From Selaginella moellendorffii (Eukaryota > Plantae > Lycopodiophyta), in assembly GCF_000143415.4 (NCBI RefSeq), contig NW_003314342.1:720173-784172 (forward strand): a DNA stretch of 64,000 bases, given 5' to 3'. Positions 13,377 through 27,423 of this stretch are shown here, piece by piece (the stretch's first letter is position 1; the number at the start of each line of letters is the position of its first letter). The position numbers and the translations under genes were made by a program. Under the pieces are notes generated by a model, which saw only the letters and a list, made by a program, of their open reading frames with translations, had not been told where the DNA came from and searched no databases.

Positions 13377-13651
13377 CTAGCTTCTATGACGCCTTTGCTG
13401 TGAAGGGGCCGCAACGCTAGCCTTCTTATAATGCAAAGTTTTTTGATGAGCAGCTTGATTAGGATGTACCCACTGTCCATAAAAAGAATTAGCAGCTGCG
13501 GTTCCACCACCGCCACCACCACCACCGCCACCACCACCACCACCACCGCCACTACCAGCGACACTACTAGCAGAAGGCGGTGGCGGAGGCCCTGGCGGTA
13601 GAGGTGGCCGCAAGACTGGAAATCCTCCGCCTGGATTCGACGAGCTATCCT
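13377..13651 (-). pseudogene. Duplicated 3' end of the SPOC gene (Pro/Gly-rich tail plus stop); also at 23700-23959 and 37082-37341
   Basis: Near-identical to 46419-46684 (..PVLRPPLPPGPPPPPSASS..GGG..RRHRS*), truncated at the array junction. Confidence 0.93.
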
Positions 13652-14051
13652 CGACGATGGCTTACAAGAGCAGGGATTAAGCTTCTTTGCGAGTGGAAGC
13701 CGAGTCTACTGGAATCCCTCTAGCAGTGAAAGCGGATCTTGTTAGTACAACGATTGATCCACGAAAATCCAGCAAAGAGAAAAGGTCGAGAACTTACACG
13801 ATGGCAAATGGTGGAGAGAAATCCCAGTGGAAGCCAACGCCTCCTGTGTGCTGCATGAAAGCTGCCATGTATCGCCATCGATCGAGGAGACTGGACCCTT
13901 GAATCCTCTGGTTCACCCAGCGATGCCCACATTCCATCCCATCCACTGTCATCCTCGATCAGGGCTGGATCCTGCAAGCCCTGGCGCGGTGGTGCGCCAG
14001 AGATCCCCGAGACATTGATAGCATAGCTTAAACCCTGGATGGAAGCTTTAC

Positions 14052-15695
14052 ATGGTTGCCAAGAACATCTTTCGCCGGGATGATCACTTGGAATCATACG
14101 CTTGTCTCGTCAGGTGCTGTGGCAACGCGAAATATCTGAGCGATGCTCGGAAGATCCACGCTTTGATCGAAGGAACCCATTACAAGAACAACGTCTACAT
14201 TGCGAATCTCCTCGTCCAAATCTATGGCAAATGCGGGAGCTCTGGCGATGCACGCAGCGTGTTTGATTCCATTCTCACCGCCAACTCCTTTTCATGGAAA
14301 ATCCTGCTCCAAGCCCACATTCACAACCAGCAGCTCCACGAGGCCAAGCGCGTCTTCGATTCCATGCCCGGGAAGAATGTAGTGACTTGGAATGTGCTTC
14401 TTTCGGCAAATGCCAAAATCGGGCAAATTCATGAAGCGAGGCTTGTTTTCGATCGAATTCCAGAGTGGGACGTTGTTTGCATGAATGCTATTGTCACTGG
14501 GTTTGCGAAAGCTGGAATGATCAGCCAGGCTAGAAACCAATTTGAAAACATGCCTGAGAGAGACTCTGTGTCGTGGAATGTGATTATTTCGGCATATGCT
14601 CAAGCTGGAGATTTTCTTGAAGAAAAGAAGCTGTTTGATAGAATGGAACGAGATCATGATTCTCACAAAAGACTGAGCAATCCAGTTCTATGGAACTCTA
14701 TGATCGTTGCGCATGCCCAGTGCGGAGATCTTGATGGAGCACGAAAGTACTTTGCGAGGATGACGCAGAGAGATTGCGTGTCGTGGGTAACACTTATCAA
14801 CTCCTTTGCGCAGCATGGCTGCACTAATTTAGCAAGATAAACATATGAGAGAATGCCACAGCACGATGTTATAGCGTGGACTGGAATGCTCCGAGCAAAC
14901 TCCCAGTGCGGTGAAATCGATCAAGTACACAATCTCTTTGATTCAATGCCTCAAAGAAACCTAGTGTCGTGGACAGTTTTCCTAGCAACACTTTGAAATC
15001 AAGATAATCTTGCAAAAGCTAGAAGAGTGTTTGATCTGATGCCCCAGAGAGACAGCGTTCCTTGGAATGTTATGATCACTGCATATGCCCAACGAGGGCA
15101 TGTAAACGAAGCAAAGTGCTTTTTTGACAGTGTAGAAGTTCCAAACATTATCACGTGGAATTGCATGATCGGAGCGTATGGGCAAAATGGACACTTAGAC
15201 GATGCTTGGGCATTGTTTAGACGCTGTTTACAGCCAAACATAGTGACCTGGAACGTTCTTATCGTGTCGTTTGCCCAGAATCTACATTGTGCTGAGTCCA
15301 TTCATCTCTTTGACGTCTTGAATCTGGAAGGATTCAAGCCAGACGAGCTGAGTTTCATGGGCCTTTTGATTGCTTGCTGCCACCTTGGGCTGGTAATTGC
15401 TGCTAGAGATACCTTGGCTTCAATGGTTTTTGACTACGGTATAAGTCCTGAGCGAGATCACTACTGCTGCTTGATCGGTGTTCTTGCGGGAGCTGGGCTC
15501 TTGGATGATGCTGAGGATCTCATCAACACAATGCCATTTGTTCCAGATGTTTCCAACTGGGGATGCTTTGTGAGTGCCTGTAAGATCCACTCTGTTGGAG
15601 TGGATAGGAGTGTTGGTGCTGCTTGCAATGCCATCGCGATGGATCCTAAAAACTCAGCGCCATACGACAATTTTTACTGATGAGTGGTTAAACTA
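14052..15695 (+). pseudogene. PLS-PPR pseudogene (unit 2)
   Basis: Close copy of 6176-7831 with TAA at 14838-14840, TGA at 14994-14996 and a 10-bp deletion near the 3' end (frameshifted to PYDNFY*). Confidence 0.92.
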
Positions 15696-16210
15696 GCATT
15701 TTGGTATATTTAAATTTTTTGTGAAGCTTTTTTCAATCTAACTCTCTCGAAAGTTGTTATACCAGAATATTTTACTGCTCCTGTAGTGTTGGAGCTCTGT
15801 TTCAAGGAATTCTTTACCTGCTCCAAATACTTCAAAACCACTTCTAAAACGAGCTCTTTTATAGTTAATTAAATCATTAATAATTAATTAATTATATTTA
15901 GGGTTTAAGGTCTATTCAAGAGCACAACATGGAGAAGAAATGAAGTGTTATATTGCCCAAATAGATTCTATATGATTTTGAAATTGTGTATTTGAATAGT
16001 AGAATTTCAAGTCTGCAGCAAATGGATATTGCTAGTCCACACAACAGTGAAGGCAAGATCCAGAACAACATTGTTGTATCGCCCCCAAACCAATTAGGAA
16101 GCGATAGTGGTGGATAGTGTGGTAGTACCAGCTGCTGTCTTCCAAGTCATAAACCATCTTCGTTGTGCAGCTGATTCATGCAGAAGTAGCATGCACCTGT
16201 GGAGATGAAG

Positions 16211-16572
16211 TGAAGAGAAGAAGAGCGGAAGCTACGATGGTGGATGACTCCAAGGATAATTGTATATAATATCATAGATATATATACATAATGAAGAGAC
16301 ATGCCTCTAGCCTACACCTGGATCAGTGAAGTGGCACTACTGCCACCTAGGATCATGTCATAGAGAGCATATACTCAACACTCCCTCTTGATCTCGATGA
16401 CATCAATCTGAGATCACTCTCCCTCTGCATCCAAGCACTCTGTCGTATTCACGACAGAAATCTGCCTTTGCTCAGTGCCTCCTCTCAGTGCCTCTGCCAG
16501 CACCTTCTCACACCAGCGCTTCACTCAGCGCTCCAGTGGAGTCTCTGCTCGGCCAGCCCTCCGGGCCTCGTG
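16211..16572 (-). mobile_element. Unit-2-specific insertion: fragment of an LTR retrotransposon (3' internal region, PPT, start of LTR)
   Basis: Absent from units 1, 3 and 4. The minus strand reads TCAAGAGGGAG|TGTTGAG (PPT then TG at 16380) with a TATA-rich tract beyond it. No TSD seen. Confidence 0.6.
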
Positions 16573-17549
16573 CCACCACTCGGCTGATGGACACCATAGC
16601 AGTACATTGAATGTGAATCAAGCTTCTACCACTCTGATCCCGGTCCTCATCCCAAACCAAGAGTTTGATTATGTCATCTTTATAATCCTATACAACCTGC
16701 CCTTGTACCAGTGGAAGCAAACCAACATCTGGAGTACTGTTGGAATTGGAATGGCTTTGCACAAATTGAGCCTTACATTGTATCTTTTCTGCATCATATA
16801 CATCTTTCCAAGCTCTGAAATCCTGACAAGCTGGGGGTCATGGTCCTTGTTAGGAAGTGGTTGCCATGAATTTGTGAGGGAGAAGTAGACCTTGCGCTTG
16901 CAAACCACATAGAGACGTCGCAAGGACTCCAAGCAAGGACGTGATCCTCTTCACCTCAAGTATATAATAAAGAAAAAATTAGGTTCATACTTTTAGTTAC
17001 CACGAAAGCATAACAAACCCATCTTTAGCTGTGTGGCACGCTAAAGCAAGAGTTAAGACCCAACTATTCTGGGCACTTAGATATGTGTATGCACGAACAT
17101 CTTTATAGGAGACTGTTTTCAACTTGAAGGATGAGAACACCCCCTATACTGTGAACCAGAAAAAAATCTCTTTCTTTGTTCACAACCTTGTGACCTTTTC
17201 CTTGAGACCACCATGCTCGTCCCATTGTCCTATGACCACCACCATATACTCTAGACCATCATATCCATGAGTTGCAAGGCCATGCTAAGGATATTTCTTT
17301 GCTCATCACCTGGTGAATAACAACAGCAGTAATTTCTGTACCTCTTGTAAAATTTCTGCTATGTTTAATTATAACTTATAAACTAATACAGAAAAGCTGA
17401 TATAGTTGGACTTCTTTGGCAAATAGCCCTACATAGCCTTTAGGGCTGATCCTTTACAAACAAATTGGTTAGACTTTTGAAAGCAAATTGAAACTTTAGC
17501 TTTATAACCATCTCGTGTTTTTTAAGGTGTGAAGAGCTATAAGTCATTT

Positions 17550-17900
17550 TTGGTTTGCTTAAGCAAACCTATAGGGGGACTGGGATGGTAGTGAATATAC
17601 CTAGAATATGCTTGGATATTCTAGGATATTCTACCATCTAACGGTTGGTATTCATTTAGATTAATCTGGTATTTATAATTTATAAACATGTTTATAATTT
17701 ATAAACTTTCTTAAACCCTTTCTAGTATATTCTTTTTTATTCTATCATCTAATAGTTGATATGCAATAAGATTAATCTTGTGTTTATAAATTACAAACAT
17801 GCTTATAATTATAAAATTTATTTGATCAATTAGATTAATAAGTAATAATAAAACTACCATTAAGCAAACCAAGCGTTGCTACATGCAATGCGTAGCAATT
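17550..17900 (+). mobile_element. Non-autonomous Helentron/Helitron2-type (HINE-like) element, ~350 bp
   Basis: Inserted in the T-run of AAGTCATTTTTAGACTG, which is empty in the other three units. 5' TTGGTTTGCTTA forms the palindrome GGTTTGCTT|AAGCAAACC. A 3' subterminal inverted copy TAAGCAAACCAA (17861-17872) is followed by the hairpin TTGCTAC..GTAGCAA (17876-17898) and Ts. Confidence 0.7.
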
Positions 17901-18210
17901 TTTTAGACTGTGCTCTCATAACACTTTTTTTTTAATTATTGAATTTTTTTTTTAGGATTCAAACGTACTAGATTACCTAAAAAAATACTCAAAGCTCTCA
18001 AAGCATAGGCAAACTTATTATTGAGCATTTAGCTGACAGCTATTTGATACAAAATTAAAAGAAGAGCATAATTATTTCATTGGTTATATGATTGACTTAG
18101 TTGTAAATTGATTTTTCTTTACTTTAAAGAAAAAGGACTTTTAGGATTGTGGTAGTAATGAAAGTATATTTCTCTGTAATTTTGAGGATTGTATTTATTA
18201 GTTATGATAA

Positions 18211-18310
18211 NNNNNNNNNNNNNNNNNNNNNNNNNNNNNNNNNNNNNNNNNNNNNNNNNNNNNNNNNNNNNNNNNNNNNNNNNNNNNNNNNNNNNNNNNN
18301 NNNNNNNNNN
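18211..18310. other. Assembly gap (100 N)
   Basis: Run of N. Confidence 1.
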
Positions 18311-18419
18311 TAAGGACAAAAAAGCTTTTAGTTTCCTTACACATACACCACTTTAACTATTGAATTAACTTTTGATCCTGTTAAGTATATATAGTACAGT
18401 TTTAGTATATAGTTCGCCC

Positions 18420-18663
<244 letters not shown>

Positions 18664-19698
18664 GTACTGTTTAGTATATAATATTTAGTCTTTTAACTAA
18701 AAAGGAAGAAAAATATACTCTAACTTCATAATGTCTATATTTGATGGTCACATAACTCAATTTTATTTTGCATTTGAATACCTTAAAAAGCCCATTTAAA
18801 TGGATTTCATCATAGTTTTATTCTAGAACCTGATAAATATAGTAATCTTGAAAATTACAATAAATCACATATTCTCAAGGTCATTAGTGTATATGTAAAA
18901 TTCATAACTCTAATGAATTATTAAATTTATTTCTTTAATAAATTTAAAATATTTAATTAAAATTTTAAGGTATTATTATTAAATATTTTAGAAAAATAAA
19001 AAATAACCTAATATATATAATCTATATAAGCTGGAAAGTTAAATGACCTCTTTAAAATATCAATAGTAGGAACTTAATAAATAAAAAATATTTTGTGTAA
19101 AATAACTTTTATAATTTTTAATAAATAGGTAAGAATTGCTGATGCAACCAGTTTAAACAGCTAAAAACCTTTAAAACAATGATGATAATCATAAAGTGGT
19201 TAGTGCATTAAGTTAAAGTATTGCAATTAATCAAAAAACTAGGTCAGAGCATCATAATATATTGAAATATACTAGAGGTAGTAAATTGTAATAAATTTAA
19301 ATAAATAATATGTATTAATACTAAAAAAATCACTTATATTTAAGAAAAATAATAAAATGATTAGAATGATATTTTAGAAGAATATTTAATTTTTTTTATA
19401 TGGGTGGCAGGATAAACCTAGAATATGGTTGGATATTCTGGGATATTTTACCATCTAATAGTTAATATTTATTTAAATTAGTCTTTTACTTATAAACATA
19501 TTTATAATTTATAAACACTTCCTAGTATATTCTACTTCATTCTACCATTGAAAGTTGTAATAAAATTAGAATTAAATTTATGTAAGTAACTATCTTAATT
19601 AATAGTGTTTAAAAAATTTAATAAGATAATTATTGATTATATTATCATTAAAAATTAATAAATAAACAAGCAAGTTGCTTGTTACATGAATAGCTTAA

Positions 19699-20057
19699 GG
19701 TACACAAGCTTTCATTCATTTTTGGTTTGAAAGTTCTAGAGTTTTTTTAACTTTCCTACAGCAAGCTATAATACAAGCTCCAAATAAGAAACTTTTACTT
19801 GAGGATTCTTTACATCCGGATCTGGTCTGCATCATGGAAAGCCATCAATTTACTCTGGAACTTCCCTCTCGCTGGTGCTGCTCAAATCCAGGTATCCGCG
19901 TTGGAGCCATCAAGTCGGCTCTTGGTACCAAAGACTATTCAACACTAGCTCTGGCGAGTTATGGATATTGGCCAGCTTAAGTAAGCTTACTTCCATGTTA
20001 AAATCTCAATGTTTCATCTAACACAAACCTCTAGGTGTTTGGCCCGCATCCAAGAGC
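19699..20057 (+). pseudogene. Inverted, scrambled, deletion-riddled subtilase relic; also ~33117-33474 and ~42505-42824
   Basis: Plus-strand blocks match the subtilase sense strand: intron GGTACACAAGCTTTCA.T.CATTTTTGGTTTGA, TCTGGAACTTCC (SGTS), TCAAATCCAGG, GCCATCAAGTCGGCTCT (AIKSAL), GGTACCAAAGA, then AAGCTTACTTCC..AG|GTGTTTGGCC..TCCAAGAGC (G|VWP.SKS). Confidence 0.75.
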
Positions 20058-20591
20058 ATAACGAGTGGACAAGGAAGAATCAAGTAGCAAATTAGTGACG
20101 GCTCCATCAGAGTCAAAAACCATTGAAGCAAAGGATTCTTTGCCCAAGGTGGGGATGAAGAGGACTAACTTAGTATATAAGATCAGGCGTTGGCATAGAG
20201 TTCTCGTCTCTCCTCCTCCTCCTGCATCACCACACTCATTGAGTTACAGATCAACCCCAAGCACAAGCCATCGAACAGTGCTGGGATCTTATGTTTTGTT
20301 GCTACAATTTGACAGGAAATTCTCAAGCATGGTGTTGTACCGTGGACTAGAAATGCTCAGAGCAAACCCCAATGCAGTGAATTTGATCAATTGAAAGCTC
20401 TTTTATCCAACACCTCGATAAGATCCACTTTGGAGAGCTAAACGAATGTTTTGTAGAAAGTTTGGGTACTGCATTATTATGCCGAAAGAGGGCATCTTGG
20501 AAATGAAAGGGATTGAAGCTTGACGCATTGTTTTGCCGCCAAATCTTGTGACCTGGAACATTCTTATCATGTCGTCTGCCATCTCTTCAAC

Positions 20592-23405
<2,814 letters not shown>

Positions 23406-24065
23406 CGCTCCAGGAAAATCTTCTCCCCATGCGGCTCCATTTTAAAGGCTAAAGCGCGGGCGGAAGGTCCAACCACGGGCAAAGGCCACTCCGCCAGCCG
23501 ATCAATAAGTCTCGTCCATTTCTATCGGATCACGCATCATATCACCAAAATCCAAAGAAAGAACCTCGCACGCATCATTCCCGCCAAATGCAGGCAACTT
23601 AAAACACTAAACCCCAGCTAGGGCTTTGTTTTACCGCATTAAAACAAAGACTAGACTTACAAGGAGTGTTAAATCACTCGCTCTCTCTCTCGTGTCTAGC
23701 TAGCTTCTATGACGCCTTTGCTGTGAAGGGGCCGCAACGCTAGCCTTCTTATAATGCAAAGTTTTTTGATGAGCAGCTTGATTAGGATGTACCCACTGTC
23801 CATAAGAAGAATTAGCAGCTGCGGTTCCACCACCACCACCACCACCACCACCACCGCCACTACCAGCGACACTACTAGCAGAAGGCGGTGGCGGAGGCCC
23901 TGGCGGTAGAGGTGGCCGCAAGACTGGAAATCCTCCGCCTGGATTCGACGAGCTATCCTCGACGATGGCTTACAAGAGCAGGGATTACAAGCTTCTTTGC
24001 GAGTGGAAGCCGAGTCTCTCTAGCAGTGAAAGCGGATCTTGTGATTGATCCACGAAAATCCAGCA

Positions 24066-24875
24066 AAGATCTGAGCGATGCTCGCAAGATCCACGCTTTG
24101 ATCGAAGGAACCCATTACAAGAACAACATCTACATTGCGAATCTACATTGCGAAAGTTTTCCTAGCAACACTTTGAAATCAAGATAATCTTGCAAAAGCT
24201 AGAAGAGTGTTTGATCTGATGCCCCAGAGAGACAGCGTTCCTTGGAATGTTATGATCACTGCATATGCCCAACGAGGGCATGTAAACGAAGCAAAGTGCT
24301 TTTTTGACAGTGTAGAAGTTCCAAACGTTATCACGTGGAATTGCACGATCGGAGCGTATGGGCAAAATGGACACTTAGACGATGCTTTGGCATTGTTTAG
24401 ACGCTGTTTACAGCCAAACATAGTGACCTGGAACGTTCTTATCGTGTCGTTTGCCCAGAATCTACATTGTGCTGAGTCCATTCATCTCTTTGACGTCTTG
24501 AATCTGGAAGGATTCAAGCCAGACGAGCTGAGTTTCATGGGCCTTTTGATTGCTTGCTGCCACCTTGGGCTGGTAATTGCTGCTAGAGATACCTTGGCTT
24601 CAATGGTTTTTGACTACGATATAAGCCCTGAGCGAGATCACTACTGCTGCTTGATCGGTGTTCTTGCGGGAGCTGGGCTCTTGGATGATGCTGAGGATCT
24701 CATCAACACAATGCCATTTGTTCCAGATGTTTCCAACTGGGGATGCTTCGTGAGTGCCTGTAAGATCCACTCTGTTGGAGTGGATAGGAGTGTTGGTGCT
24801 GCTTGCAATGCCATCGCGATGGATCCTAAAAACTCAGCGCCATACGACAATTTTTACTGATGAGTGGTTAAACTA
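24066..24875 (+). pseudogene. PLS-PPR pseudogene (unit 3), with two large deletions
   Basis: Start region deleted (junction CAGCAAAGA|TCTGAGCGATG), a second deletion of ~770 bp near 24150, the shared TGA at 24174-24176 and the shared 3' 10-bp deletion. Confidence 0.9.
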
Positions 24876-26513
24876 GCATTTTGGTATATTTAAATTTTTT
24901 GTGAAGCTTTTTTCAATCTAACTCTCTCGAAAGTTGTCATACCAGAATATTTTACTGCTCCTGTAGTGTTGGAGCTCTGTTTCAAGGAATTCTTTACCTG
25001 CTCCAAATACTTCAAAACCACTTCTAAAACGAGCTCTTTTAAAGTTAATTAAATCATTAATCATTAATAATTAATTAATTGTGTTTAGGGTTTAAGGTCT
25101 ATTCACACAACATCAAGGTGGAGAAGAAATGAGGTGTTATTTGATTGCCCAAATAGATTCTATATGATTTTGATATTGTGTATTCTAATAATAGAATTTC
25201 AAGTTGGGGGAGGGAGCTGCAGCAAATGGATATTGCTAGTCCACACAACAATGAAGGCAAGATCCAGAACAACATTGTTGTATCGCCCCCTAGTGCAAAC
25301 TAAACCAGTTAGGAAGCGATAGTGGTGGATAGTGTGGTAGTACCAGTTGCTGTCGTCCAAGTCATAAACCATCTTCCTTGTGCAGCTGATTCATGCAGAA
25401 GTAGCATGCACCTGTGGAGATGAAGAACCTATCGCCACCCAGCTGTTGAACACTATGGCAGTACATTGGATGATCAAGCTCCTACCACTCTGATCCTGGT
25501 CCTTGTCCCAAACCAAGAGTTTGATTATGTCATCTTTATAATCCTATACAACCTGCCCTTGTACCAGTGGAAGCAAACCAACATCTGGAGTACTGTTGGA
25601 ATTGGAATGGCTTTGCACAAATTGAGCCTTACATTGTATCTTTTCTGCATCATATACATCTTTCCAAGCTCTGAAATCGTGACAAGCTGGGGGTCATGGT
25701 CCTTGTTAGGAAGTGGTTGCCATGAATTTGTGAGGGAGAAGTAGACCTTGTGCTTGCAAACCACATATAGAGCTAATCCATAATAAGTTCCATTGAGTGG
25801 GAGGATCCTTGAGCTAAAATAAGACGTGAGACAAGTGATCCATATGGCTTGTTCCCCGTCGCAAAGACTCCAAGCAAGGACGTGATCCTCTTCACCTCAA
25901 GTATATAATAAAGAAAAAATTAGGTTCATACTTTTAGTTACCACGAAAGCATGACAAACCCATCTTTAGCTGTGTGGCATGCTAAAGCAAGAGTTAAGAC
26001 CCAACTATTCTGGGCACTTAAATACCTGTGTATGCACGAACATCTCTATAGGAGACTGTTTTCAACTTGAAGGATGAGAACACCCCCTATACTGTGAACC
26101 AGAAAAAAATCTCTTTCTTTGTTCACAACCTTGTGACCTTTTCCTTGAGACCACCATGCTCGTCCCATTGTCCTATGAGCACTACCATATACTCTAGACC
26201 ATCATATCCATGAGTTGCAAGGCCATGCCAAGGATATTTCTTTGCTCATCACCTAGTGAATAACAACAGCTACATAGCCTTTAGAGCTAATCCTTTACAA
26301 ACAAATTGGTTAGACTTTTGAAAGAAAATTGAAACTTTAGCTTTATAACCATCTTGTGTTATTTGAGATATAAGTCATTTTTAGACTGTGCTTTCATAAC
26401 ACATTTTTTTTAATTATTGAATTTTTTTTTAGGATTCAAACGTACTAGATTACCTAACAAATACTCAAAGCTCTCAAAGCATAGGCAAACTTATTATTGA
26501 GCATTTAGCTGAC

Positions 26514-26914
26514 NNNNNNNNNNNNNNNNNNNNNNNNNNNNNNNNNNNNNNNNNNNNNNNNNNNNNNNNNNNNNNNNNNNNNNNNNNNNNNNNNNNNNNN
26601 NNNNNNNNNNNNNNNNNNNNNNNNNNNNNNNNNNNNNNNNNNNNNNNNNNNNNNNNNNNNNNNNNNNNNNNNNNNNNNNNNNNNNNNNNNNNNNNNNNNN
26701 NNNNNNNNNNNNNNNNNNNNNNNNNNNNNNNNNNNNNNNNNNNNNNNNNNNNNNNNNNNNNNNNNNNNNNNNNNNNNNNNNNNNNNNNNNNNNNNNNNNN
26801 NNNNNNNNNNNNNNNNNNNNNNNNNNNNNNNNNNNNNNNNNNNNNNNNNNNNNNNNNNNNNNNNNNNNNNNNNNNNNNNNNNNNNNNNNNNNNNNNNNNN
26901 NNNNNNNNNNNNNN
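26514..26914. other. Assembly gap (401 N) next to a TA microsatellite
   Basis: Run of N followed by TATATA. Confidence 1.
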
Positions 26915-27423
26915 TATATATGTATATATATATATATATAAATAGTACTGTTTAGTAAACAATATTTAGTCTTTTAATTAAAAAGGAAGAAAAATATACT
27001 CTAACTTTATAATGTCTATATTTGATGGTCACATAACTCAATTTTATTTTTCATTTGAATACCTTAAAAAGCCCATATAAATGAATTTCATCATAGTTTT
27101 ATTCTAGAACCGGATATATATAGTAATCTTGAAAATTACAATAAATCACATATTTTCAAGGTCATTAGTGTATATGTAAAATTCATAACTCTAATGAATT
27201 ATTAAATTTTGTGAGTGCATGGAATATGGAAAGGGAATACAGAAATGTGCATATCAATTAGCCCAAAAACCCTAGCTTATATACAGGAGCGAGTGGTTCG
27301 GATTGAAACCAATCCAACGGCTACCAAAATCCTACTATGCTAATATTAGTATACGGCATCATAGCCGTACACTTGGCCCTCACATCATCCCCTCCTCTCG
27401 GAATAATGGAAGGCCGTCAGGGT

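Noticed and set aside
13377-13613. Independent glycine-rich protein genes
   Set aside because: No ATG start; they are truncated copies of the SPOC gene's last exon.
26474-26962. ORFs spanning X runs (also 18119-18319)
   Set aside because: Artefacts of assembly gaps.
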